DNA of 64,000 bases. It comes from Candidatus Levyibacteriota bacterium. Lineage in GTDB: Bacteria > Patescibacteriota > Microgenomatia > Levybacterales > UBA12049. The stretch covers positions 158,726 through 222,725 of the forward strand of contig DAHWUP010000001.1 in the NCBI GenBank assembly GCA_027334565.1. Direction: 5' to 3'. Shown here in pieces: positions 29,275 to 39,350 of this stretch. Each line of letters begins with the position of its first letter. Position 1 is the first letter of the stretch. A model generated the notes under the pieces. That model did not search any database. It saw only the letters and a program-made list of their open reading frames with translations, and was not told where the DNA came from. Both the position numbers and the translations under genes were made by a program.

Positions 29275-29820
29275 TTATTCCTGCACGGGTTGCAAGCGTC
29301 CAAGAACGTTGCCGGTAACTTTGGCCGCCTCTTGGCCGGTCCTGGTCTCTTTTAGAAGCGTATGCAATTTGGGAGAGTAAACTCCAACGCCTTCGTCCTT
29401 CATCTGCTGGGTCTGTAAGAGTTCTTTCATGCAGGAGAAGGTTGTAACGTTGTCATCCGAAAAATCGATATCTATCGACAGCCAGCCCAGGAATTTTAAA
29501 CCCTCCCTGGCTATCAAACGGTCTGCCGGTCCGCTCTCCTCTCCTTCAGCCTTCGGAGCAGGTTCGTATTCCATCACACGCTGATAGGCCGGCCTTAATT
29601 CTTCAAGCTTTGGATGTTCACGAAAATTAGAACCTAAACTATAGCGCGCGCCTTTGATTTCCAGCCAACCGCTTTGCCCCGAGTCGATTATAGTTTTCGC
29701 TTCGGGAATCGCCTCTAGTGCATCGAATACCCTTTTTCTAAGGCCTGATACTTGTTCCGGACCCAAAGTACCTTCGGTTTCGTTTTGATGGTCTTCTGTT
29801 GTTTCCGCGGCCGCATCCAT
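29275..29820 (-). CDS. Hypothetical acidic protein of 181 aa, inserted between rpsJ and rplC; no recognisable domain
   Basis: A clean ORF in operon orientation. Local GC is visibly higher than the neighbours (several 60-nt stretches above 55% against roughly 40-45% around it). It has an acidic N-terminus (MDAAAETTEDHQNETEG). No motif recognised. Confidence 0.55.
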   Translation of the reverse strand: MDAAAETTEDHQNETEGTLGPEQVSGLRKRVFDALEAIPEAKTIIDSGQSGWLEIKGARYSLGSNFREHPKLEELRPAYQRVMEYEPAPKAEGEESGPADRLIAREGLKFLGWLSIDIDFSDDNVTTFSCMKELLQTQQMKDEGVGVYSPKLHTLLKETRTGQEAAKVTGNVLGRLQPVQE

Positions 29821-29867
29821 GCATAAATGGTCTCATAATAAGCAAGGCAAGTCAAGCTAAAAGAGGG

Positions 29868-30182
29868 TTACATCTTGATTTCGACGTTAACTCCCGCGGG
29901 GAGTTCAAGGTGGGTTAAGGAATCGATGGTTTTTTCCGTCGGGGAGACGATATCGATCAATCGTTTATGGATTTTTATCTGGAAATGATCCCTGGCATTT
30001 TTATCGATGAACGTGGATTTATTTACCGCATATACGCTGCGCTTTGAAGGAAGAGGTATCGGCCCGACCACTTTGGCACCGGTTCGAATTGCCGTATCAA
30101 GAATTTGTTGACACGTTGAGTCGATCACTCTAGCATCGTAACTTTTTAATTTTACTCTGATTCTTCCTTTTGGCATATGCAA
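29868..30182 (-). CDS. rpsJ: 30S ribosomal protein S10
   Basis: RIRVKLKSYD...LD (the S10 signature); 104 aa. Confidence 0.95.
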   Translation of the reverse strand: MHMPKGRIRVKLKSYDARVIDSTCQQILDTAIRTGAKVVGPIPLPSKRSVYAVNKSTFIDKNARDHFQIKIHKRLIDIVSPTEKTIDSLTHLELPAGVNVEIKM

Positions 30183-30231
30183 TAAATATTAAAGAGCTAA
30201 TGAACATCTTTGGGCAGAAGATAATGAAGAA

Positions 30232-31413
30232 TTAGGCGATTATTTTGTTGATTACGCCTGCTCCGACCGTTTTTCCGCCCTCTCTCACCGCAAATCTAAG
30301 TCCTTCTTCCAAGGCAACGGGCGTGATAAGTTTGACGGTCATCTTAGTGTTATCTCCGGGCATTACCATCTCGACGCCCTGAGGCAAGGTGGATTCACCA
30401 GTAACATCGGTCGTACCGATAAAGAATTGCGGTCTGTATCCCGAGAAGAAAGGTGTGTGCCTACCCCCCTCCTCTTTGGTCAGAATATAAATTTCCGCCT
30501 CAAATTCTTTGTGTGGTGTGATTGAGCCCGGTTTTGCAATGACTTGACCTCTTTCCACATCGGTCTTCTCAACACCCCTAAGTAAGATTCCTACATTGTC
30601 GCCGGCCTGACCTTCTTCAAGGCTCTTTCTGAACATTTCTACGCCGGTAACCACCGACTGTTTGGTCGGTTTGATCCCGACAATTTCGACCGGGTCGTTA
30701 ACCTTGATTTTTCCTCTTGAAATTCTTCCCGTTACGACCGTCCCACGTCCTTTGATCGAAAAAACATCCTCGATCGGCATCAAGAAAGGTTTATCCAGGT
30801 CCCTGACCGGGGTCGGAATATAGGAATCGACCGCGTCCATCAGAGCTTCAATTTGTTTCTCGGCTTCAGGGTCGCCTTCCAGAGCCTTAAGAGCAGAACC
30901 CCTGATGATCGGCACTTCGTTTCCGGGATACTGATATTTTGTAAGAAGTTCTCTTACTTCCATTTCAACCAGGTCCAAAAGCTCCGGATCGGAAACCATA
31001 TCGCATTTGTTAAGGAAAACTACAATTGATGGTACCTGAACTTGGTGGGCAAGGAGTATGTGTTCTCTGGTTTGGGGCATGGGGCCGTCGGGAGCTGAAA
31101 CTACGAGGATAGCGCCGTCCATCTGGGCGGCTCCCGTAATCATGTTCTTAATGTAATCCGCATGGCCCGGTGCATCGATATGAGCATAATGTCTTTTGGC
31201 GGTTTCGTATTCGATGTGGGAAATATTAATAGTAACGCCCCTTGCTTTTTCTTCGGGGGCGTTATCGATGTCCTCGTATTTTTTGGCTTGTGCCATTCCC
31301 TTCTTGGCCAAAACGGTAGCAATAGCCGCCGTTAACGTGGTTTTACCATGGTCTACATGACCGATGGTACCGATATTTACATGTGGTTTATTTCGTACGT
31401 ATTTGTCTGCCAT
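30232..31413 (-). CDS. tuf: Elongation factor Tu
   Basis: [14 protein letters not shown]-like DAPGHADY, and NKCD motifs; 393 aa. Confidence 0.97.
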   Translation of the reverse strand: MADKYVRNKPHVNIGTIGHVDHGKTTLTAAIATVLAKKGMAQAKKYEDIDNAPEEKARGVTINISHIEYETAKRHYAHIDAPGHADYIKNMITGAAQMDGAILVVSAPDGPMPQTREHILLAHQVQVPSIVVFLNKCDMVSDPELLDLVEMEVRELLTKYQYPGNEVPIIRGSALKALEGDPEAEKQIEALMDAVDSYIPTPVRDLDKPFLMPIEDVFSIKGRGTVVTGRISRGKIKVNDPVEIVGIKPTKQSVVTGVEMFRKSLEEGQAGDNVGILLRGVEKTDVERGQVIAKPGSITPHKEFEAEIYILTKEEGGRHTPFFSGYRPQFFIGTTDVTGESTLPQGVEMVMPGDNTKMTVKLITPVALEEGLRFAVREGGKTVGAGVINKIIA

Positions 31414-31489
31414 GTTTTATCAAAAAAAATAACCCCTCAAGGTTGAATTTAATATACAATACTTTTTAAAAACCGTCAAGAGGTAAAAT

Positions 31490-31831
31490 TTACTTTTCCG
31501 ATTTTAATTTTTCTTTTTCTCTTAAAGAAAGGATATTTATAACTTCGGATACCAAATATGCTAAAAAGGCATACACTAAAAGCGCAAAAAGAGTGGATAA
31601 TTCCAGAACGAATCCACTCTTTAATACTTGATTCGGAAAAATTCCTACAAATGGTGCCAATACCGGTTGGGTTGTATCGTAAACCCAAGCCACGAACGGG
31701 GCTTGCGTGTTTGCGCCGAATAGCTTTAAAACTATCCTTAGTAATAGTAAAAATTCTACGACTGAAAATACTACATCCGCAAGAAATGTCAACGGAAGAA
31801 ATTTATTCATGATAATTTGTGCGTTGTACAT
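31490..31831 (-). CDS. YggT family small membrane protein (the true start may be the internal Met at 31810)
   Basis: Two TM helices with a conserved Pro and aromatic pattern (FVAWVYDTTQPVLAPF). Confidence 0.5.
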   Translation of the reverse strand: MYNAQIIMNKFLPLTFLADVVFSVVEFLLLLRIVLKLFGANTQAPFVAWVYDTTQPVLAPFVGIFPNQVLKSGFVLELSTLFALLVYAFLAYLVSEVINILSLREKEKLKSEK

Positions 31832-31891
31832 CTACAACGGTCATAAACCCGGAAGTGTTACATATTTCGGTAGTTCTTAAAGCGGATTTTG

Positions 31892-32422
31892 TTATTTGAG
31901 TTGAAGATAATCCGAAATTCCGACCTTGATTGTCTTAAAAGCCAGATCCATATTCAAAATCTCCGTGGGTGGAAAATATTGATACTCCGAAACATCGTCC
32001 GAAACTTTAATTTCTCCCCGAGTGATTTTTGCAAAGACCGCTACGCACAAAATCGGAAAATCAATGTGCTGATATTCATAAGAGTCCGTATATACTCCGA
32101 CCAACCTATTTATCATTATTTCGACTCCCAACTCTTCTTTTATCTCCCGTATGACCGAGTGCTCAAAATTTTCTCCACCGTTTAAAAATCCACCCGGCCA
32201 ATCCCATTTATTCTTTTGAGGATCAAATTTTCTTTTTACCAATAATATTTCGCCTTTATCGTTTTCAATAACTACGGCATTACAGGGAACCGCGTTTTGA
32301 TAAAATTTAAAACCGCATTTTTGACAAATTAAAAGATTATCGGTTCGTTTTTTTAAAACTCCCGCACATTTAGGGCAAAATTTATAAACAGCCGCAGGAC
32401 TCATGTTAGTATGGTTTTTCAT
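31892..32422 (-). CDS. Nudix hydrolase with an N-terminal C4 zinc ribbon
   Basis: CPKC...CQKC followed by the Nudix box GGFLNGGENFEHSVIREIKEELGVE. Confidence 0.85.
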   Translation of the reverse strand: MKNHTNMSPAAVYKFCPKCAGVLKKRTDNLLICQKCGFKFYQNAVPCNAVVIENDKGEILLVKRKFDPQKNKWDWPGGFLNGGENFEHSVIREIKEELGVEIMINRLVGVYTDSYEYQHIDFPILCVAVFAKITRGEIKVSDDVSEYQYFPPTEILNMDLAFKTIKVGISDYLQLK

Positions 32423-32621
32423 CGGAGGTTTTCATTCCGCTTTTTATCGCATACAACAATTCTTCATCCGTCATCGTCTGCTCTTCATCGCCATGCATTT
32501 GACTGTAATGCTGTTTGACAATATCTTCCAATTTATAATTCGCGTCCCAGCTGGCCTGCGAGTCGTCTTCGTATTCGTAAAGAACTTGTCCGCACTTCGG
32601 ACAGGCAAAAGAATAATACAA
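32406..32621 (-). CDS. Small hypothetical protein with a CPKC motif and an acidic tail
   Basis: 71 aa; MYYSFACPKCGQVLYEYED...; overlaps the Nudix gene start by 17 nt. Confidence 0.4.
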   Translation of the reverse strand: MYYSFACPKCGQVLYEYEDDSQASWDANYKLEDIVKQHYSQMHGDEEQTMTDEELLYAIKSGMKTSDEKPY

Positions 32622-32657
32622 TTTACCTCACCTCCTTAAAAACTATACATATATTGT

Positions 32658-33314
32658 TTAAGCGTTTCTTTTTTCTATCCCCGAAATCTCTTGGATAAAA
32701 AAATCCACTCCGTCGCTTCTAAGCACGACGAATCCCGTATTCGCAATCGCCCCGGAGCTTAACTCTCTGAACGTCCCGACGCCCAAATGCACCAAAAGCG
32801 CACGCATAACGAATCCGTGACTTACTACCAAAACCGTTTTGTTCGGATAGGCTATTGCGATTTCCCGAAGTGCCGTAATAAATCTCCCCAAGGCCTCCTC
32901 GGCACTTTCCATATCCGGAAAAAGTTTCCATTTCCAGATTTTTTCCACAGGCATATTTTCGGGGTAATTAAAAATATTACCGATATCCAATTCCTCCCTA
33001 AGCTCTTTCTCGGTTTTTCCACCCAAATTTCCTTTACGGCGTTCTTCCAGAGCTTCTTTGGCAACAACAGCCATTTTTCGCTCCTTGGCCAAAATTTCCG
33101 CGGTATGTTTTGCACGGTTCAAATGCGAAGCAAAAATAGCGTCAAAATTGATATGGTTGAATTTAGAAGCCAGCGACTCAGCTTGTTTACGTCCGGTATC
33201 GGTAAGGTCCGAACCGAGTTTTGTTCGTTGCACCTCATGGAGCCAATTACCGAAATTTATATTCCCCTCAGACTCTCCATGTCTAACCAGATAAATCGTG
33301 CAAAGTTTATCCAT
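32658..33314 (-). CDS. Histidine phosphatase family protein (phosphoglycerate mutase-like)
   Basis: LVRHGESEGN RHG catalytic motif and a C-terminal SHG. Confidence 0.85.
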   Translation of the reverse strand: MDKLCTIYLVRHGESEGNINFGNWLHEVQRTKLGSDLTDTGRKQAESLASKFNHINFDAIFASHLNRAKHTAEILAKERKMAVVAKEALEERRKGNLGGKTEKELREELDIGNIFNYPENMPVEKIWKWKLFPDMESAEEALGRFITALREIAIAYPNKTVLVVSHGFVMRALLVHLGVGTFRELSSGAIANTGFVVLRSDGVDFFIQEISGIEKRNA

Positions 33315-33368
33315 TTAAACCATTATAACATTTGACATTTAGACAATTATCCTATAATATTGTAACCC

Positions 33369-33854
33369 GTGAGAAATTACGAAACACAACCGTTATCGTC
33401 GGACGAAGAAGCTTCGGTTTTAGCCGATTTGAATCAGGAAATAGTGAACGCAAAACTTCGAACCGATTGGGATCTGGGAAGCGATTCGGGTTCTTTATAT
33501 TTTTCAAGAGACACGCTTATCTTAACGCCCTTTGAGTTATCCAAACTTTTTAAGCTTCCCGAAAGTTTTTTTGTTTTACCCGAAGAAGCAAAAATACCGA
33601 GTATAACGGAAAATCCTATGCTCAGAAACAGGTTTAAACAATTGGTCGGTATCATGTGTTTTCTACAAAGAGTGATTCCCGACGTTTTTAGCAGGGACGA
33701 CTTCTCAAGAACTCGTCAGGGGATCTTTGAACAGGAATCGCCTTTACAACTTCTAAGCACCAGAGAGCCGGTTCAAGCATACACGATAATTAAAGAGCCG
33801 GCAAAATTTTGGGGATTCAGGGATACACAAATTCCGCGAAGATCTGTTTTCTAG
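33369..33854 (+). CDS. Hypothetical protein
   Basis: A 161-aa ORF with no recognised motif, co-directional with the downstream hypothetical gene. Confidence 0.4.
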   Translation: MRNYETQPLSSDEEASVLADLNQEIVNAKLRTDWDLGSDSGSLYFSRDTLILTPFELSKLFKLPESFFVLPEEAKIPSITENPMLRNRFKQLVGIMCFLQRVIPDVFSRDDFSRTRQGIFEQESPLQLLSTREPVQAYTIIKEPAKFWGFRDTQIPRRSVF

Positions 33855-33916
33855 GTCTTGTGAACGTAGGCTTTTCCCCATTGACAAAAAAAATTTTCTG
33901 CCGGACAATGAATTAA

Positions 33917-34513
33917 ATGTCAAGTAAGGAGTGCTTCAAGCTCCAATATTGCCCCACTGAACCGGAAGAAGGCAGTTTTATCATCTCCGGTCATGATAAC
34001 CCCCGCTATGTAAACATTCCTGCGGAGCTGATTCACGCAACCGGTGAATTGGGTAACAAAAGAGCTAAATTTATCGAAGACAGAGTTGGGAAAATTCTAC
34101 TTCATCGGACAAATGTCGTTGCCGACGTGACCCGAAACGGTTTTAATAGCGAAGAGGACGGTTTGGGACACGATCTCACTCTGACATTACGCGATAACTG
34201 CCCCGTTAGAACCGTTCATGTACAAGTTAAAGCCAGTAGACGAGAGGTCGTGAACTATAAACGGTGGATAAAGAAAAAATATTTCCCGGATGCCGAAGAC
34301 AACATTGAAGACCTCATTAAGGGTTGGCTAACGGAAAACAATCTCATTTTAATCAATGGCATTGAAACCAAATCGGCGGATGAAATCCTGACCGACAGCT
34401 TCTATCCTCAATTGCAAAGGGTCTTCAACCGGGGTGATATACCAAGATCACCGGGCCAGTTAATTCTATTTAATGACATTCCGGAAGCTAAATTGCTTTC
34501 TCCCGCAGCTTAG
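33917..34513 (+). CDS. Hypothetical protein, paralog of 35953..36420; possible Hjc/Mrr-like PD-(D/E)XK fold with QxK in place of ExK
   Basis: The shared block GHDLTLTLRDNCPVRTVHVQVKAS...NYKRWIKKK...NLILING...DEIL..F.PQL aligns with GRDIIILFKDELERDPVFIQVKSS...NKKTKKWLKRR...RIMLIIGNG..EEI..F.EQL in the other ORF. Confidence 0.5.
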   Translation: MSSKECFKLQYCPTEPEEGSFIISGHDNPRYVNIPAELIHATGELGNKRAKFIEDRVGKILLHRTNVVADVTRNGFNSEEDGLGHDLTLTLRDNCPVRTVHVQVKASRREVVNYKRWIKKKYFPDAEDNIEDLIKGWLTENNLILINGIETKSADEILTDSFYPQLQRVFNRGDIPRSPGQLILFNDIPEAKLLSPAA

Positions 34514-34943
34514 GCAAAAGTTGATTGATCCGATTTTTTATTTCTTCGAAAACTCCCTCGGTGAACTGTACTTTTTTAATTTCTTCCGATGAGGAATTAA
34601 AGGTGCTGTCTGTATCCTTAATATCCCATACTTCAAAATTCTCAGGTTTATATCCGAATTTTTCGGTGCAATAAGTATATACATCATTATCCATGAATAC
34701 GGTAAAATCCCCTTCTTCCAAAAGCGGCCTGGTGGTTTGGTCCCAAACCGGTTTTTCATACGGAATTAGGTGGTGATGTTGGATGATCCTTTGCGCATAC
34801 CAGCTCACCGGACCGCATTGATTCAACGAGGCTGCAACACCGCTTGATACCGCTTTGATGTTGGGGAGTTCTTTTGAGTTAAGATAAGCTTCCGCCAGAC
34901 GGCTCCTGAAGGTATTTCCCTTACAAATGAAGTGGATCGTCAT
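34488..34943 (-). CDS. Low-molecular-weight phosphotyrosine phosphatase / ArsC-like (LMWPc fold)
   Basis: CKGNTFRS P-loop (C-x5-R-S) at the N-terminus; 151 aa. Confidence 0.75.
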   Translation of the reverse strand: MTIHFICKGNTFRSRLAEAYLNSKELPNIKAVSSGVAASLNQCGPVSWYAQRIIQHHHLIPYEKPVWDQTTRPLLEEGDFTVFMDNDVYTYCTEKFGYKPENFEVWDIKDTDSTFNSSSEEIKKVQFTEGVFEEIKNRINQLLPKLREKAI

Positions 34944-34987
34944 ATTTTAATTATGAATTAGTTTGAAAAAGTTTTCAACCAAAATTT

Positions 34988-35281
34988 TCATTCTTGAGTG
35001 ATCCTGATCAGTTCCGTTCTTAAAGATCCGGGCAAGATCCCTTCGACATATTCAGACTTCCCCGGCATCAAAGATTTTGTTTCGCTTGTAGTTGGCCATG
35101 GGGGCGCAAACCGGGATTGCCTTACCATAATAAGCGACGGGCCATTATCTCCCTGGAAAACGACATGCTTTGGGCTTGTTTTTGCGATACCGCTTGGAAT
35201 ACCGATCGGCATCGGACCCATATCGACCCGGGTCCATTGATTCAAATTTCTTAATACTTCAATTCTAACCGGCATAAGCAT
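34988..35281 (-). CDS. Hypothetical protein (strand assignment uncertain; an 80-aa ORF overlaps on the + strand)
   Basis: A 97-aa ORF with no recognised motif. Confidence 0.25.
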   Translation of the reverse strand: MLMPVRIEVLRNLNQWTRVDMGPMPIGIPSGIAKTSPKHVVFQGDNGPSLIMVRQSRFAPPWPTTSETKSLMPGKSEYVEGILPGSLRTELIRITQE

Positions 35282-35337
35282 GGGGATTATACAACTTTTA
35301 TCATTACTTTTCCTTAGGGTACCGGCGGAAGCTTATC

Positions 35338-35874
35338 TTAACGTAATTTTTCTATTTCTAAAAGTATTTCTTTAAGAATCGGAATATCCACCAACATGTC
35401 TGCCGACTGAAAGAATTCATCCAGCTTAATTCTTACTTTTTTCTCGTATTCCAACGCCTGCAAAGCTCGTTCAAGTTTATCGACCTGCTTTACAAACCTT
35501 GCTTCCTTGCTTTTATTTTCGGAATACTCTTTAAACAAAGAATCATACACTTTACCTCCGATCAAACCGGTGATCTCTTCGACAGCTTTCGATTCGTTAA
35601 GCAATTTCTCCTCATATCCGGGCAAATAACCCTTTGCGTCAAATTTGATCAAATCTCCGACCTTTGCTTCACCGATGTCGTGCACCAAGGCCATTTTTAC
35701 ACATTTATTTGCATCGATGCCCGCTTTTTCGGCCAGGACCAAACTCATGACGGCGACCCTAAAGGAATGGTCCGCAACGCTTTCCGGGTCCGGTATATGA
35801 TGTTTTATCCAACCGGTTCTTTTAATCGATTTTAATTTACCGACCTCCTCTAAAAATTGAATAATGCCCATCAC
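35338..35874 (-). CDS. HD domain phosphohydrolase (YfbR-like 5'-deoxynucleotidase family)
   Basis: Metal ligands H...HD...D (VADHSFRV, LVHDIGE) in a 178-aa all-helical frame. Confidence 0.8.
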   Translation of the reverse strand: MMGIIQFLEEVGKLKSIKRTGWIKHHIPDPESVADHSFRVAVMSLVLAEKAGIDANKCVKMALVHDIGEAKVGDLIKFDAKGYLPGYEEKLLNESKAVEEITGLIGGKVYDSLFKEYSENKSKEARFVKQVDKLERALQALEYEKKVRIKLDEFFQSADMLVDIPILKEILLEIEKLR

Positions 35875-35952
35875 CTTTTAATTATAGCAAACAAATAATG
35901 TCTTATATTCCATCTTGACAGAACTATCAACTTATTTATAAATTAATATTAG

Positions 35953-36420
35953 ATGACGATAGAGGCCTCCGCCTTTAGCCCTGCCCTATCCAGAGCACTC
36001 GGTTTACCGGACGGGTCGCTTGCTCCCCCTGACCTTACCTCGGATGAAAAAGGAAGTTATTCGGAAATCAAAGTTGCGACAGCTTTAATGGATCATCCGG
36101 AAATTTCTAGGGTGACCATGACCGAACATTATAGTCCCGACGACATGCGCGGCCGCGACATAATAATTTTATTTAAGGATGAACTCGAAAGAGATCCTGT
36201 TTTCATTCAGGTAAAATCAAGTCATAATGGAGCGGATATCTACAATAAAAAAACCAAAAAATGGCTTAAGAGACGCGGTTTGAATATGACGACCGAAGAA
36301 TGGATGGCAATGAATAGAATTATGCTTATCATCGGAAACGGAAATACCCCCGAAGAAATCAGGGAAAGTTTCGATGAACAGTTGCATGCGATTACGTCAT
36401 TAGGTAAAACCAAACATTAA
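35953..36420 (+). CDS. Hypothetical protein, paralog of 33917..34513 (Hjc-like KGSYSE...RDIIILF...IQVKSS pattern)
   Basis: See the alignment under the paralog. KGSYSE/DIII/IQVKSS resemble Hjc KGSxFE/DIIA/IEVKS. Confidence 0.5.
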   Translation: MTIEASAFSPALSRALGLPDGSLAPPDLTSDEKGSYSEIKVATALMDHPEISRVTMTEHYSPDDMRGRDIIILFKDELERDPVFIQVKSSHNGADIYNKKTKKWLKRRGLNMTTEEWMAMNRIMLIIGNGNTPEEIRESFDEQLHAITSLGKTKH

Positions 36421-36458
36421 TCAGTCGCTACCGAAAAATTATGGTCCGGCCTTTTTGA

Positions 36459-37193
36459 TCAACTTGACCGCATTATTTTTTTTAATCTTGTCGATATTCG
36501 AACAAACTCGTCCGCCGAATCTTTTGGTTTCCAGCCGAACGGATTGGAAACATCATGCACTCTTCCCGGATTATCCGACACAGCATATATAACAGCAAAA
36601 TTTTCCGGAACTTTTTTTGCATTTAGTACCTTCTTTATTAAAGAAACGCAGTCGCCGTGCGATAACCAGGCTCCCCTTTCTTCCCTGGGACGATCATTAA
36701 GCGAAGGCGAAACGTTCCCGGGATTCACCCCGCCGAACCTGATCGCCACCACTTCCATATCGCTTTTGGCAAAATACCGCCCTAAATATTCCATAAAAAT
36801 CTTATCTGCGCCGTAAGGACTATCCGGAACGGGGGTATGGTCGGTCGAAAGAAACGGCTTTGTACCATAAAATGAATCCGCATGTATGGAGCTGGCAACG
36901 ATCGCTCTTTTTACTTTTGCTTCCCTCGCCGCTTTATATAAATTGACGGCCATTTGCGCGTTTTCGGGGTCGATATTTTCATTTTTTAGATTTTCGGTTT
37001 GGGAATTCCACGCAAGATGGATTACGGCAAAGTTATCCCTAAGCTTCGATATAAGTGTCTGATAATCAAGCACATCGATTCCGAGTTTTATATCGATCGG
37101 GGTAATTTCATAATCATCGTAAAGACCCTTTTTAAGGACTGTTCCGATCACTCCTTCCGAACCTGTAATGGCTATCTTTACCTTCATTGCCAA
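36459..37193 (-). CDS. NAD-dependent epimerase/dehydratase family (SDR) protein
   Basis: N-terminal ITGSEGVIG Rossmann motif and a YxxxK-like region (YGADK). Confidence 0.7.
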   Translation of the reverse strand: MAMKVKIAITGSEGVIGTVLKKGLYDDYEITPIDIKLGIDVLDYQTLISKLRDNFAVIHLAWNSQTENLKNENIDPENAQMAVNLYKAAREAKVKRAIVASSIHADSFYGTKPFLSTDHTPVPDSPYGADKIFMEYLGRYFAKSDMEVVAIRFGGVNPGNVSPSLNDRPREERGAWLSHGDCVSLIKKVLNAKKVPENFAVIYAVSDNPGRVHDVSNPFGWKPKDSADEFVRISTRLKKIMRSS

Positions 37194-37250
37194 AAATTAT
37201 AGCAGATTCCTTAAATGGAAGATTATAGAACACTCAAAAAATTTTTAAAC

Positions 37251-39350
37251 CTATTCAACTCTTCCGGTAAAAGTGGATTTTGCCAACATCTGTTGGACGA
37301 TACTTTGCGGAACTTCTTCGTAATGACTTGGTTCCATATAATATGACGCGCGTCCCTGAGACATCGAACGAATGGTGGTCGCATAGCCTGAGAGCTCAGC
37401 CAAGGGCACCATTGACAAAATTATGGTCGCCTTTCCCCGTTCTTCGGTCCCCATGATTTGAGCGCGTTTGGATGAAAGATCACCGATGATATCCCCCATA
37501 AATTCGCTCGGGGTGGTAACTTCAACCTTCATGATCGGTTCCAAAAGCTGTAGGTTTGCTTTTTTGCTCGCCGCCTGCAAGGCCTGTGACGCGGCGATTT
37601 TAAACGCAACGTCCGACGAATCAACTTCATGATAGGAACCGTCGTAAACGGTCACTTTCATATCGACCATAGGATACCCGAGGAGTATACCGTTTTCCAT
37701 TGTTTCCTTAACTCCCTTTTGAACCGAGATCACAAATTCGGCAGGAATTGCTCCTCCCTTGATAGCGTCGACGAATTCAAATCCTTCACCCCGCGGCTTT
37801 GGTTCAACTCTTAACCAACAATGACCGTACTGGCCGCGGCCTCCGGACTGGCGGATATATTTTCCTTCCCCCTCACCCATTACCTTAACGGTTTCTTTGT
37901 ATGCAACTTGCGGTGCGCCGACATTCGCCAAAACGCCGAATTCGCGTTTCATCCTGTCAACCATTACCTCAAGCTGTAGCTCTCCCATTCCCGAGATGAT
38001 GGTTTGATTGGTTTCGTGATTAACTTTGATGCTGAATGTAGGGTCTTCTTCGGAAAGACGTTTGAGCGCTAAGCCCAATTTTTCCTGATCGGCTTTGGTT
38101 TTAGGTTCGATCGCCAACGAAATGACCGGTTCCGGGAAAGAAATTTTTTCCAATATTATCGGCGCTTTTTCTTCGCATAGGGTATCTCCGGTTCCTGTAT
38201 CCTTAAGACCGACCAGCGCCACGATTTCACCCGCATAAGCTTCTTTTATCTCTTCCCTGTGGTTTGCATGCATCAATAAAATTCGGCCGACCCTTTCGGT
38301 TTGATTTTTGGTTGAATTGTAAATGTATGACCCCGCCAACACTTTTCCCGAATAGACCCGGTAGTAAGTTAGTTTACCGACGTGTGGATCTATTTGTATT
38401 TTGAAAGCCAATCCCGCAAACGGTTCGTCCGCCTCGGGTTTTCTAACCTCGGCCGCGCCTGTTTTAGGATTTTCTCCATGAACTTCACCAACGTCCAAAG
38501 GAGAAGGAAGATAGTCAACTACCGCATCCAATAAAGGTTGAACTCCTTTATTCCTTAGAGAGCTTCCGCAAAAAATCGGTACCAACTTATAAGCGATGAC
38601 CGCCTTTCTTAAGGCCGTTTTCAGCTCTTCGTCGCTGATGGTATCTCCGTTGAGATATTTCTCCGTCAACGTATCGTCGGTCTCGGCAATTTTTTCAACC
38701 AGTTTATGTCGATATTCCTCCGCCTGAGCTTTCATGTCCGCCGGAATTTCAACCACGTCGAATTTTGCACCCAGCTCATCGGAGCCCCAAACATAAGCCT
38801 TCATTTCCATCAACTGAACTATCCCTTTAAACGTACTTTCTGCTCCGATCGGAAGGGCCATGATCAAAGGATTTGCTCCAAGCCGGTCTTCGATGGTTTT
38901 AACCGTATGAAGGAAATCTGCGCCTAATTTATCCATCTTATTTACAAAACAAAGTCTTGGCACTTTATATTTATCGGCCTGTCGCCAGACGGTCTCCGAT
39001 TGCGACTGTACACCTTCTTCGGCGTCCAAAACAGTGATGCCGCCGTCCAAAACTCTTAAGGACCTTTCCACTTCTGCGGTAAAATCGACATGGCCCGGAG
39101 TATCGATGATGTTAATGCGGAAGCCTTTCCAGAACGCGGTGGTTGCGGCCGAAACAATCGTGATCCCTCTTTCTCTTTCCTGTTCCATCCAGTCCATCTG
39201 CGTATTTCCTTCATCGATATCGCCGATTTTATGGGTTTTTCCCGTATAAAAAAGTACCCGCTCGGTGGTGGTGGTTTTGCCCGCGTCGATATGGGCAATG
39301 ATGCCGATATTTCTTACCTTATCCAATGTTTTTAATCTATCCTCAGCCAT
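37251..39350 (-). CDS. fusA: Elongation factor G
   Basis: [17 protein letters not shown], and NKMD motifs; 699 aa. Confidence 0.97.
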   Translation of the reverse strand: MAEDRLKTLDKVRNIGIIAHIDAGKTTTTERVLFYTGKTHKIGDIDEGNTQMDWMEQERERGITIVSAATTAFWKGFRINIIDTPGHVDFTAEVERSLRVLDGGITVLDAEEGVQSQSETVWRQADKYKVPRLCFVNKMDKLGADFLHTVKTIEDRLGANPLIMALPIGAESTFKGIVQLMEMKAYVWGSDELGAKFDVVEIPADMKAQAEEYRHKLVEKIAETDDTLTEKYLNGDTISDEELKTALRKAVIAYKLVPIFCGSSLRNKGVQPLLDAVVDYLPSPLDVGEVHGENPKTGAAEVRKPEADEPFAGLAFKIQIDPHVGKLTYYRVYSGKVLAGSYIYNSTKNQTERVGRILLMHANHREEIKEAYAGEIVALVGLKDTGTGDTLCEEKAPIILEKISFPEPVISLAIEPKTKADQEKLGLALKRLSEEDPTFSIKVNHETNQTIISGMGELQLEVMVDRMKREFGVLANVGAPQVAYKETVKVMGEGEGKYIRQSGGRGQYGHCWLRVEPKPRGEGFEFVDAIKGGAIPAEFVISVQKGVKETMENGILLGYPMVDMKVTVYDGSYHEVDSSDVAFKIAASQALQAASKKANLQLLEPIMKVEVTTPSEFMGDIIGDLSSKRAQIMGTEERGKATIILSMVPLAELSGYATTIRSMSQGRASYYMEPSHYEEVPQSIVQQMLAKSTFTGRVE

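Noticed and set aside
34998-35240. 80-aa + strand ORF overlapping the 97-aa minus-strand ORF 34988..35281
   Set aside because: Neither frame has recognisable motifs. One is kept as a low-confidence hypothetical, and the strand is unresolved from sequence alone.
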